Source of the DNA: Thermodesulfobacteriota bacterium
GTDB taxonomy: Bacteria; Desulfobacterota; QYQD01
NCBI GenBank assembly: GCA_040755415.1
Contig: JBFMAZ010000082.1
Span: 148-64,147 of the forward strand
DNA: 64,000 nt
Reading direction: 5' to 3'
Under the pieces are notes generated by a model, which did not search any database, was not told the DNA's origin, and worked only from the letters and a program-made list of their open reading frames with translations. This document shows, piece after piece, positions 30,515 to 39,496 of the stretch (positions within the stretch are counted from its first letter, which is position 1; each line of letters opens with the position of its first letter). Made by a program: the position numbers and the translations under genes.

Positions 30515-31345
30515 ATGAACAACAATGTCTATCTCCCCCAAATCGCCGTTATTAAGGATATAAAGGAAGAAACCGGCGACATAAAGACCTTTACCCTGGC
30601 GTTTAAGGACAGGAAATTTAAAAACTCCTTTTCCTTCCGGCCCGGCCAGTTCATGATGGTCTCCGTCTTCCAGGCCGGCGAGGTCCCGATATCCATAAGC
30701 TCTTCCCCCAGTCAACCGGAGAATTTGCAGTTAAGCATAAAAAAGGCCGGTGCTTTAACCGGGAAGATACATGGGCACAAGGTCGGTGATGAGATCGGTC
30801 TGCGGGGGCCTTACGGCCGGAGTTTCCCCGTGGAAAGGCTGATCGGAAAGAACCTCTTGTTTGTGGCCGGAGGCATAGGGCTGGCCCCCTTGCGTAGTCT
30901 GATTAACTATGTGCTGAATAACAGAACGGAATTCGGCCAGATTACTATCCTGCATGGGGCGAGAACCCCGTCGGATATTCCGTTCAAACATGAACTGTCC
31001 CGCTGGCCCAAAGAAAGGGATGTTAAAGTCCTGGTGACCGTGGACCGCCCTGATACCGGATGGAAAGGAAATATAGGCCCGGCTACCGCTTTGTGGGACA
31101 AGACAGGTATTTCCAGCCGGGACACTATAGCCGTTATCTGCGGCCCGCCGGTAATGATCTCCTTTGTGGTTATGGATCTTCTCAAGATGGGATTTTCTGA
31201 AGATGATATTATCTCCACCTTGGAAAGACACATGAAATGCGGAGTGGGCAAGTGCGGGCATTGCAGCATTGGCCACCAACTAACCTGTGTGGACGGCCCG
31301 GTCTTTACCTACCGGGAGATGAAAGAGCTGCCGACAGATTTGTAA
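30515..31345 (+). CDS. FAD/NAD(P)-binding oxidoreductase with 2Fe-2S cluster (AsrB / sulfhydrogenase-gamma-like)
   Basis: RPGQFMMV FAD-binding pattern, GGIGLAPL NAD(P) motif, C-terminal CGVGKCGHC...C cluster. Confidence 0.8.
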   Translation: MNNNVYLPQIAVIKDIKEETGDIKTFTLAFKDRKFKNSFSFRPGQFMMVSVFQAGEVPISISSSPSQPENLQLSIKKAGALTGKIHGHKVGDEIGLRGPYGRSFPVERLIGKNLLFVAGGIGLAPLRSLINYVLNNRTEFGQITILHGARTPSDIPFKHELSRWPKERDVKVLVTVDRPDTGWKGNIGPATALWDKTGISSRDTIAVICGPPVMISFVVMDLLKMGFSEDDIISTLERHMKCGVGKCGHCSIGHQLTCVDGPVFTYREMKELPTDL

Positions 31346-31371
31346 TCAGGCCTTTCGATGCTGATATTTGA

Positions 31372-31698
31372 TCATAATCCAAACATTTTTCTTAGTATAG
31401 ATCTTACAGCCACGAACTCTGACTCCGCCAATGTCCCCAACCTCTTCAAGATATATTTCTTCTCGATTGTCGCCTGCTTGCCGAGCCTGATGTATGATTC
31501 TGCAAGAAGGCCGCTTCCCCTCCACTCCACAATTTTATAGTCCATTCCCGTGCTATATTCTTGAGTGGTTATCCGCGCTACAAGGACATCCAGATCACCT
31601 GCGTCATATAGAACGAGAGCGGGCCTTTTGGAAACGCCCTGCAAATCGGTTTGAGGGAAGCCGACGAGCACAACATCGCCGAAGTTATAAGTTGTCAT
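31372..31698 (-). CDS. type II toxin, PemK/MazF family
   Basis: FGDVVLVGFP...KRPALVL N-terminal pattern; 14-nt overlap with the upstream small ORF. Confidence 0.75.
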   Translation of the reverse strand: MTTYNFGDVVLVGFPQTDLQGVSKRPALVLYDAGDLDVLVARITTQEYSTGMDYKIVEWRGSGLLAESYIRLGKQATIEKKYILKRLGTLAESEFVAVRSILRKMFGL

Positions 31699-31888
31699 AC
31701 ATGGCGTCCTTTTCAGAATAGCCTTTCATAAATTCGGCAACTGTAAAGTTGCGCCAAATTGATTCCTCATCTTCGAGGAGCAGCATAACACGTATTTTTG
31801 ATTCCCCCGTCAATAGCCTCCTTATTTTGTCCGGAATTGACAAGTGTCCATCCGGCAGTATCTCTGCATAGTATTCATAGGCTTTCAT
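31685..31888 (-). CDS. antitoxin (AbrB/MazE-like swapped hairpin)
   Basis: 67 aa with DGHLSIPDKIRRLL motif, located upstream of and overlapping the MazF-like gene. Confidence 0.6.
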   Translation of the reverse strand: MKAYEYYAEILPDGHLSIPDKIRRLLTGESKIRVMLLLEDEESIWRNFTVAEFMKGYSEKDAMYDNL

Positions 31889-32014
31889 ATCTTACCTCCT
31901 TGTTCAATCTATCGTACCGCAGAGGACGCCTTTCCTGACATCCCTTTCGGTTGACCTTCTTCATCCTATCACTATTGTCTGAATAGACTTCACTAGTCAA
32001 TGGGCCCACTCCTT

Positions 32015-35000
32015 CTAATGTGACGTCTCCTCGATTGTATTATAAATTTCGTCAATTTTTTTCTGTACCTCTATGGTCTTTTGAATTGCAGTGACAATTC
32101 TGCAATAAGTCCGTATCTCGTCAAGGGACAGTATTCGCTCTTTTCTGTCCTTAAGCCATTTATCGCAGACCTGATAACCGCCGATTTGATAAGCCCATAC
32201 ATCAGGGGGAATGCCTTCAAAGTATTGTGCCTTGTTGATGAAAAGGAGACCAAATCCCCCCTCACCCCCCTTTACTAAAGGGGAGATATTGTGAGAAGAA
32301 TCCTTGCTTCCCCTCTTTGGCAAAGAGGGGTTAAGGGGAGATTTTTCGAATAATTCATATCTCAACTTTTCTACCCTGTTATCCCCTTTCCCCTGAAATC
32401 TTGCAATCGGTAAATCGAGGTCAGCCGATTTAAGCAGGTGCAGGTCAACAAGCCTGTTGCCATAGTCGGACATTTTCTCGAACAGCTTGTAGTCCTTTGT
32501 AAACGGCACCCTTGGAAAGTCTATCTTCAGGAACGCTGCATATTTTGTCCTGTAAGTCTCTGAATAAAGAACGGCATAAATGTAATAGAAGATTTCCTCA
32601 GGGGAAGGAGTTTTCTTATAGGCTTTTGATAATTCATCAATAACCTTGGCAGATAAGTTAGTCTTTTTTACTCCATAATCTGCCTTCGGTTCAAACAGCA
32701 TCAATACGCCGCCAAAGGACCGCTTCTTTTTATCCTTGACTTGATAGATATAGAGAGGAAAAAGATACGACCGTTCTCGTGTCTCTAACGAGACGGTACA
32801 GTCGTTAATAATGCTGTTCGTACATAACGCGTGTTTAAATTCTGCATTGATCTGGCGATTTGTGATCACCCCTAAGTTCTCTTTCAACATATGCTGCATT
32901 ACTTCTTTCCGGGATCGCTCAATGACTGCGTCGTGGTAGAAAATCCACCGCTCATCGAATGGGCGATACAATATCTTTGTAATGGCTTGATCCCAGTCAG
33001 GATCTTTGACGACGCGCTCCCTCGCATCTCTCAGTGTCCAGTTAGTTTTATCTTTCAGTTTATAAGTCTGTTGTATTATTTCATCAGGTAATTTCTTGTC
33101 CCTGAACTGCAATATTCTTCTCCGCAGTCGATCCCGATCAAAATCAATAACGAATTCATCGCGTGAGGTTACGATCCCCACACTGCTCACCGGAAAGATA
33201 TCGGTAATCTTCATGTGCCTTTCATAAACAGATGACAACTTTTCATCGCGGGGGAAGAACAGATAGAATTCGGATTTAGGGGAAAGCCTCTTCCATTTGG
33301 TTGTTGTAATATCGTGCTTATTAAGCCAATTGTATTTCTTTTCTCTGAGCCCCCATAGTTCGGAATGGAAAACTTTTGACCCGCCTCTTAACCTCCCTTT
33401 GCCAAGAGGGGTTTTCTTGATAAAGACAGCAATAGCAACTCCTTGCTGAATATCAAAGACATTCTCATCTCTTGACCCGTCAGGGCCTTTTTCCTTCTTG
33501 AGGCTGTTGCCGTGCAGGTCAAGGATATACATCACGTCGAAACTCCGCATCAGCGACTGACGCATCCCCCTAAAAGTCGGATTATCGAGATAGCTGTGGT
33601 TTGTAATAAACCCGAGGACCCCTTGGCCGGCCTGATCGATCTTCCACTGGGCAAAACGGATGAACTTTACATAATCGTCCTGAAGCCACTTGGGGTTCTT
33701 TTCATTAAGCGGTCTCCCATCGACTTGATGGTACGCCTTAATCTCGCTTGAGATCCAGTCACCGATATTTGACGAATGTCCCGAATAGGGCGGGTTTCCC
33801 AGAATCACGAGTATTGGTTGTTCTTTCTTCACCAGACCGGCCAGATGAGACTCTTCAGACAATGAGGCCATCCCGGGCAGTTCTGTTTGAGCCACCTCTT
33901 CCATTTCGAGCGTATTGGTAAGATAAAGTTTCACCCGGTCATCCCTCTGTAACCTGTACTCTAATTCCTCCAGAAGGAAAGACATCTTCAGATGCCCGAC
34001 GGCATAGGGGGCCATCATCAATTCAAAGGCATAGAGGTTTTTCAGGATATGTTCTTTTATAAAATTCTCCCTGCCTCCCTCTCCGTATTTGGAAACAAAT
34101 TCATCAATTGCAAGTTTTGCCGCCTCTGCCAAAAAGGCAAGCGTTCCTGCCGCAGGGTCTAAGACAGTCACGTTCTTATCTGCAAATCCATCAGGTTTAT
34201 TGAAATGCCCTTTCAGAATGTTATGTAAGGAGCGGACTATGTAGGAAACCACAGGCTCAGGCGTGTAATACACACCCCTCATCTCCCTTGTCTTCGGGTC
34301 ATACGCGGCAAGGAAGGTTTCGTAGAAATGAACGATAGGGTCTTTCCCTTTGCCCTCATGGAAAAATTGATGAAGTATCTTGCTCACATCCGTGAGGGAA
34401 AGGATTTCCGATATATCATCAACAATCCATTCCATCTGCTGGGGGAGGGCGCCCAATGAAACAAACTGGAAAACGTCTCTCAGTATTCCAATTGTTTGGG
34501 GTATGTTGTGATAGGCAAGTTTCCTATTGAAGCCATTTTCTGAACGAGTCCTGGCTGCAAATAGGCCGTAGGTGATAGTCTGTGCGTAAAGGTCCGAGAA
34601 TTCGTCTTCCGTAAGGCCGCTGATAAGATAATCCTTAAAAGCCTTGTAAAATCCCCTGATAAATCCCTTGCCTGCACTCTGTTCTTCCCTCAGTTCCTGC
34701 GCTATAACCTCATCCTTTAAAAAGCGTGTCCTTTTGGCAAGTTCAACGGCAAGGTTCTTTGCGTCATATACTTTCGGTAACGAAAAGGAAAAGAACTTTC
34801 CCAGCAGTTGCAGGAATTCAGGTTCCTTTTCGACAGGTGGGGTAGTTTTCAGCTTATGAACTACGTATGGCCTTCCGACAATGACTTTATCCGTTCTGAC
34901 ACCGTTATGGTAAAGCCTGAACTCAAAGAAATTGGTAAGAATAACATTCGGAAAAGTATGCAAGTATCTCTTTAGCTGCTCTGTTTCCTCTATCCTGTCA

Positions 35001-35302
35001 AGATTTTCAATGGTAGGGTCTTTAGCCTCAATGTATCCCGTGATATGTTGTTTGCCGTCCCACACTCTGAAGTCCGGATTACCTGCTTCCGTCTTTTTGG
35101 GAAGAATCGTTATATGAAAATTTTTCTTTCCGGTTAAGCCGCAATACCCATCAAGAAGAGATTTCAGGACCGGGTAATAGCTTTCTTCCCTTGCATCCCC
35201 TCGTGTGCCGGCATCGGCTATCTGTTTTAAATAGTCTTTAAGCATGACCAACCTATCGATGATTTCCGGGCCGGCGCTCGTAGCCTCGTTGATTCTCAAC
35301 AT
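32015..35302 (-). CDS. single-chain type IIG/IIL (MmeI-like) restriction-modification enzyme: PD-ExK nuclease + N6-adenine methyltransferase + C-terminal specificity domain
   Basis: PDFRVWDGKQHITGYIEAKD (D-X9-ExK as in the MmeI family), AdoMet motif VLDPAAGTLAF, catalytic NPPY (ILGNPPYSGH). C-terminal IGGYQVCDKWLKDRK is typical of type ISP/IIG specificity domains. Confidence 0.8.
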   Translation of the reverse strand: MLRINEATSAGPEIIDRLVMLKDYLKQIADAGTRGDAREESYYPVLKSLLDGYCGLTGKKNFHITILPKKTEAGNPDFRVWDGKQHITGYIEAKDPTIENLDRIEETEQLKRYLHTFPNVILTNFFEFRLYHNGVRTDKVIVGRPYVVHKLKTTPPVEKEPEFLQLLGKFFSFSLPKVYDAKNLAVELAKRTRFLKDEVIAQELREEQSAGKGFIRGFYKAFKDYLISGLTEDEFSDLYAQTITYGLFAARTRSENGFNRKLAYHNIPQTIGILRDVFQFVSLGALPQQMEWIVDDISEILSLTDVSKILHQFFHEGKGKDPIVHFYETFLAAYDPKTREMRGVYYTPEPVVSYIVRSLHNILKGHFNKPDGFADKNVTVLDPAAGTLAFLAEAAKLAIDEFVSKYGEGGRENFIKEHILKNLYAFELMMAPYAVGHLKMSFLLEELEYRLQRDDRVKLYLTNTLEMEEVAQTELPGMASLSEESHLAGLVKKEQPILVILGNPPYSGHSSNIGDWISSEIKAYHQVDGRPLNEKNPKWLQDDYVKFIRFAQWKIDQAGQGVLGFITNHSYLDNPTFRGMRQSLMRSFDVMYILDLHGNSLKKEKGPDGSRDENVFDIQQGVAIAVFIKKTPLGKGRLRGGSKVFHSELWGLREKKYNWLNKHDITTTKWKRLSPKSEFYLFFPRDEKLSSVYERHMKITDIFPVSSVGIVTSRDEFVIDFDRDRLRRRILQFRDKKLPDEIIQQTYKLKDKTNWTLRDARERVVKDPDWDQAITKILYRPFDERWIFYHDAVIERSRKEVMQHMLKENLGVITNRQINAEFKHALCTNSIINDCTVSLETRERSYLFPLYIYQVKDKKKRSFGGVLMLFEPKADYGVKKTNLSAKVIDELSKAYKKTPSPEEIFYYIYAVLYSETYRTKYAAFLKIDFPRVPFTKDYKLFEKMSDYGNRLVDLHLLKSADLDLPIARFQGKGDNRVEKLRYELFEKSPLNPSLPKRGSKDSSHNISPLVKGGEGGFGLLFINKAQYFEGIPPDVWAYQIGGYQVCDKWLKDRKERILSLDEIRTYCRIVTAIQKTIEVQKKIDEIYNTIEETSH
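32245..32350. mobile_element. family B hairpin element inserted in frame inside the RM gene
   Basis: ACCAAATCCCCCCTCACCCCCCTTTACTAAAGGGG...CCCCTCTTTGGCAAAGAGGGG. It is translated as FEKSPLNPSLPKRGSKDSSHNISPLVKGGEGGFG. Confidence 0.7.
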
Positions 35303-35525
35303 GCTTATTTCGAAGCAATGCTTTTATGGATATGGAAGGATCGGGAATAGCGTAAAATCATAGCCTGCATATCGATAATGCGTTAGAATACAAATAAAGG
35401 CAAGTGGAAAAGTAATCACCGCGTCCTTAAACGATGGGGAGGCCCGCGCTTTGCAAGATTCAGCCCGAATCCTGCGAGAGAACCTTAACTCACTGGGGTG
35501 GTAAAACTGGAGCCATCCATGATTT

Positions 35526-35702
35526 TTATTCCGGAGCGATCAGTTGAAACCCGCAATTTTCGCAGTAGAAAAACCCATCCTGGGTCTTGTCTGCGCTATA
35601 GGTATTCAGATGACCACAGTTAGGACAAACAATGTACATGCCCTCTTCAAGCTCCTGGAGCTCAAAGTTTCCCTGAACATCAATGGACACCCTTCCCTTC
35701 AT
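35526..35702 (-). CDS. small zinc-ribbon protein (58 aa), not in the ORF track
   Basis: My translation is [58 protein letters not shown]. Its ATG overlaps the SOD stop (ATGA). It carries CPNC...CENC. Confidence 0.5.
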   Translation of the reverse strand: MKGRVSIDVQGNFELQELEEGMYIVCPNCGHLNTYSADKTQDGFFYCENCGFQLIAPE

Positions 35703-36313
35703 AATCCCTCCAGTCTCTTGTTCACCTCATCCCAATTAACAATGTTCCAGAAGGCCTCGACAAATTTGGCCCTATCGTTCTTATAATCGAGATAGTACGC
35801 ATGTTCCCAGACATCAATAACCATGAGTATTTTGAACATGGGATAAACGTTTATATTGTGCTTTTCCACCTGCATAATGATGGGCCTGTTGGTCTTCCTG
35901 CAGAAGGTCAGGGCCGCCCACCCGGAACCTTCTACGCTCACGGCCGTCTGGGTAAATTCCCTTTTGAACCGATCAGGGCCGCCGAATTCTTTTGCTATAA
36001 CGTCGCCGATTGTCCCTCCCGGCATTCCACCACCCTTACCAGCCGGAGCCAGGTTGCCCCAGAATAACGAGTGCAACAAATGTCCGCCTATGTGGAATGA
36101 CAGTTCCTTTAGGGTCGATTTCATATCTAGATCAGCCCCGTCTTTTCTGGCCTTATCCAGCCTCTCCAGTATGGCGTTGGCGCCATTAACGTAGGCCAGA
36201 TGGTGTTTGTCGTGGTGTATCCTTAGTTGTTCTTCTGATATGTGCGGTTCCAAGTCCTTGTATCCGTAAGGCAGCTCCGGCAGGGTATATAATCTCGATG
36301 TTTCCATTGACAC
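35699..36313 (-). CDS. Fe/Mn superoxide dismutase
   Basis: [28 protein letters not shown] and [11 protein letters not shown] motifs. Confidence 0.9.
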   Translation of the reverse strand: MSMETSRLYTLPELPYGYKDLEPHISEEQLRIHHDKHHLAYVNGANAILERLDKARKDGADLDMKSTLKELSFHIGGHLLHSLFWGNLAPAGKGGGMPGGTIGDVIAKEFGGPDRFKREFTQTAVSVEGSGWAALTFCRKTNRPIIMQVEKHNINVYPMFKILMVIDVWEHAYYLDYKNDRAKFVEAFWNIVNWDEVNKRLEGL

Positions 36314-36327
36314 CCCTCCTTTATCTC

Positions 36328-36621
36328 TTATTTTGCCAGTTCTTCCTCCACTTCCTTTCTGCCCTCTTCCAGTTCCTCTACCTGCTCCTTATCTTCTTTT
36401 AACAGCAGGGCCTGAAACTCTCCCACGTGCGTCTTTTCCTCTCTGGCTACGTCTAACAGTATCTTTTTAAGGTTTTTGTTCTGGGTCAGCGCCGCCATCT
36501 GTTCATACAGATTTATGGCGTCTAATTCCGCTATTATCGCCGCGCGCAGTATCTCCTTATCTAGATCCTTTGCCTTTACCTTATCCAGATCGATGGGTAT
36601 CCTTGATAACATGGGTTTCAC
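36328..36621 (-). CDS. ferritin-like (EncFtn / rubrerythrin-type) small protein
   Basis: [10 protein letters not shown] and [11 protein letters not shown] (ExxH) motifs; 97 aa; no encapsulin gene nearby. Confidence 0.55.
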   Translation of the reverse strand: MKPMLSRIPIDLDKVKAKDLDKEILRAAIIAELDAINLYEQMAALTQNKNLKKILLDVAREEKTHVGEFQALLLKEDKEQVEELEEGRKEVEEELAK

Positions 36622-36672
36622 CTCCCTTCCCCAAAAAGCCAGATATCTTGTGATCTCGGTTACGTGTTTGCC

Positions 36673-37266
36673 CTAAAAACGGGCGATGGCTGGTTCATTT
36701 TCAGTCGGATGGCGACTCCCCTCCGGGCCGGCTATGGTGGAGGCCCCGTAAGGGCTGCCGCCGGAGACCTCATCAACAATCAGTAATCCTTTTTCAGAGT
36801 AAGGCACGCCCGCTATAATCATCCCATGATGCAAAAGTGTGGTATGGAAGCTAAGGATGGTGGACTCCTGGCCCCCGTGCTGGGTGGCCGTGGAAGTAAA
36901 TACACTTCCTACCTTCCCAATCAAGGCCCCTTTCCTCCATAACCCGCCGGTCGCATCCAGAAAGGCCCGCATCTGGGCGCTCATCATGCCAAAATGCGTA
37001 GGCGTACCGAAAATAACGGCGTCTGCTTCGGCCAGATTCTCCAGCGTAGCTACCGGGATATGGGCAAACTCCTTCTTTGTTTCGACAGCCCCCGTCTTGG
37101 CCAAAATCTCGTCAGAAAGCGTCTCCGAAACCTGAAAGAGGTTGACCTGTGCGCCCGGCACTTCCCTGGCGCCTTCGGCGACTGCCTCTGCCAGACAATA
37201 CACGTGGCCGTACATGCTCCAAAAAATAATATTGATTTTGACGTCTCCGCCTGCCATATTTGTCAC
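36673..37266 (-). CDS. wrbA: NAD(P)H:quinone oxidoreductase WrbA (flavodoxin-like)
   Basis: [23 protein letters not shown] and GGSPYGAST motifs. Confidence 0.8.
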   Translation of the reverse strand: MTNMAGGDVKINIIFWSMYGHVYCLAEAVAEGAREVPGAQVNLFQVSETLSDEILAKTGAVETKKEFAHIPVATLENLAEADAVIFGTPTHFGMMSAQMRAFLDATGGLWRKGALIGKVGSVFTSTATQHGGQESTILSFHTTLLHHGMIIAGVPYSEKGLLIVDEVSGGSPYGASTIAGPEGSRHPTENEPAIARF

Positions 37267-37480
37267 CTCCCTTAGTTACTATTCTCTAACTTCAACTTGT
37301 CATTAGTCAAGGTGAATTGTAAGGCCGCTCTCTGATCCCAGAAAACTCAACCCGGGGAAAGAGTTCCGGAGTTTCCCGAGTTTTTTGGAGGGCCTTTTTC
37401 TCTGAGCGTAACTTGCCGGAGCAGTCCGCCTGAGGCGGATCGAGGGCAAGCAGGAAGGGGAAGGCCAGCCCTTTAGTCCC

Positions 37481-37533
37481 GTAGGGTGGGCTTTGCCCAC
37501 CAAAGGAATGATGGTGGGTAAAACCCACCCTAC
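37481..37533. repeat. GTAGGGTGGG...CCCACCCTAC hairpin element
   Basis: 10-bp outer stem and an inner GCCCACC/GGTGGGT stem. Confidence 0.6.
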
Positions 37534-37564
37534 ATTGCTGGTTTAAGGTTTTTTTAAAATTAGG

Positions 37565-37609
37565 TTGACTTTTTGGTCCAGGATTTCTAATATGACCACC
37601 TGGTCATAT
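37565..37609 (+). promoter_or_regulatory. sigma-70 promoter with overlapping TetR-type operator palindrome
   Basis: TTGACT-17 nt-TAATAT. The perfect inverted repeat ATATGACCA-CC-TGGTCATAT (37590..37609) ends 1 nt before the tetR-family ATG. Confidence 0.55.
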
Positions 37610-37610
37610 T

Positions 37611-38270
37611 ATGGATGCCGAGCTTACCCCAAGACAGACCTTCTTTAACCTCCCACCGGACAAGCAGCAGCGCGTCCTGGAGGCGGCCGTTCAGGAGTTT
37701 TCCGAGCGAGGCTACCAGCAGGCCAGCATTAACACCATAGTCTCCCGCGTGAATATCGCCAAGGGTTCCATCTACCAGTACTTCGACAGCAAAAAAAGCC
37801 TGTTTCTCTTTATCTTCAATCAGGGCATTGCCTTGGTACGGCAAATGCTGAAGCATGTCAAAAAAGAGAGTCAGGGAGAAGATTTTTTCACGCGGGTAAA
37901 GAAATCCCTTATGGCCGGCGTTGAGTTCATAGATAAGCATCCGGCCCTCTACCGGGTTTATCTCCGCATCCTTTTCGAGCGCGATTCTCCTCTACGGGAA
38001 GATTTTCTGCAAACGATAAGGCTTTTCTCCCGCGAGTACATCCTCTCCCTTTTGGAAGAGGGGCAGGCAAGGGGTGAGGTCAGAAAAGACCTGGACCCCG
38101 TGTTGGCTGTGTTTATTCTAGACGCGGTATTAGATAAATTCCTGCAGAACTATGCCCTGCCCTATCTTGATCCGGCCCTGGAGTTAAACAAGGAGAAAGG
38201 CCTGGAAGGAAAAATCGACAGCATCGTAACCTTGCTGCGGCAAGGATTCGCCGCAGCAGATGGGAGTTAA
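37611..38270 (+). CDS. TetR/AcrR family transcriptional regulator
   Basis: N-terminal HTH FSERGYQQASINTIVSRVNIAKGSIYQYF. Confidence 0.85.
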   Translation: MDAELTPRQTFFNLPPDKQQRVLEAAVQEFSERGYQQASINTIVSRVNIAKGSIYQYFDSKKSLFLFIFNQGIALVRQMLKHVKKESQGEDFFTRVKKSLMAGVEFIDKHPALYRVYLRILFERDSPLREDFLQTIRLFSREYILSLLEEGQARGEVRKDLDPVLAVFILDAVLDKFLQNYALPYLDPALELNKEKGLEGKIDSIVTLLRQGFAAADGS

Positions 38271-39423
38271 CATGGACATGGACCGGTCGAAAGGAGAGCC
38301 GTGGTGGCAAGAGATACGCGGCAAGGTCGAGGCCGGTGAAAGGTTATCCTTTGAAGACGGGCTGAGGCTTTACCAATCCAATGACCTTCTGGCCATCGGC
38401 ACCCTGGCCAATGCGGTACGCCGCCGTCTGAACGGCAATAAGGCATTTTACATATACAATCAACATATCAACTATTCCAATATCTGCGTCAATCGCTGCC
38501 GTTTTTGTGCCTTCGGCAAGGACAAGGGCGATCCGGCCGCGTATGAAATGTCCACTGAGGAGATAGTCGGCAAGATTCAAAAACGCCGCCATGAGCCGAT
38601 AACCGAGGTGCACATCGTAGGCGGGATACATCCTGACCTGCCTTATCGCTATTATGTGGAGATGATCCGGGAGATCAAAAAGGCACGGCCGGAGATCCAT
38701 ATACACGCCTTTACCGCCGTAGAAATCGCCCATCTGGCCAAGATCTCCGGACAAAGTATATCCGATACGCTCTGCGACCTGCGCGAGGCTGGGCTAGGTT
38801 CGCTTCCGGGCGGCGGCGCGGAGGTCTTCAGCCCCCGCATAAGGGAACGCCTCTGTCCCAAAAAACTATCTCCGGAAGGCTGGTTGGAAGTGGCCAAGAC
38901 CGCGCATCGCCTCGGCATCAAGTCCAACGCCACCATGCTTTACGGGCATATCGAGTCTGCGGAAGAAAGGGTCAGCCATCTTCTGTCCTTGCGCCGGACC
39001 CAGGATGAGACCGGCGGCTTCATGGCCTTTATTCCCCTGGCCTTTCATCCGCGAAACACGGAGCTTTCCGACCTCTCTAACACCACCGGTTTTAATGACC
39101 TTAAAAATATCGCCATCGCCCGTCTCCTGCTCGATAATTTTCCGCACATCAAGGCCTACTGGGTAATGATCGGCCCCAAACTGGCCCAGATCGCCCTTAA
39201 TTTTGGCGCAGATGATCTGGATGGAACGATCATCGAGGAAAAGATCACCCACATGGCCGGTGCGGAGACGGCCCAGAGGATGACCCGCGCAGAACTCCAG
39301 CGTTTAATCCATGAGGCGGGATGTACGCCGATAGAACGGGACACCCTGTACAATGCTATCCTAAATGTTACGCAGTCAGCGAATAACGACCAGCCTGGCA
39401 AGAAAGCTTTTGCTGAAAGCTGA
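38260..39423 (+). CDS. mqnE: radical SAM aminofutalosine synthase (MqnE-like)
   Basis: NQHINYSNICVNRCRFCAF cluster motif, 387 aa. The MqnE versus MqnC assignment rests on NxHIN versus NRNIN signatures recalled from the families. Confidence 0.7.
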   Translation: MGVNMDMDRSKGEPWWQEIRGKVEAGERLSFEDGLRLYQSNDLLAIGTLANAVRRRLNGNKAFYIYNQHINYSNICVNRCRFCAFGKDKGDPAAYEMSTEEIVGKIQKRRHEPITEVHIVGGIHPDLPYRYYVEMIREIKKARPEIHIHAFTAVEIAHLAKISGQSISDTLCDLREAGLGSLPGGGAEVFSPRIRERLCPKKLSPEGWLEVAKTAHRLGIKSNATMLYGHIESAEERVSHLLSLRRTQDETGGFMAFIPLAFHPRNTELSDLSNTTGFNDLKNIAIARLLLDNFPHIKAYWVMIGPKLAQIALNFGADDLDGTIIEEKITHMAGAETAQRMTRAELQRLIHEAGCTPIERDTLYNAILNVTQSANNDQPGKKAFAES

Positions 39424-39496
39424 CTGTCGAAGATTCGCCGGTATTGTGGCGAGCTGATAGCTAAATGCTTATGTACATATTCATCGAGGCCCGGCA

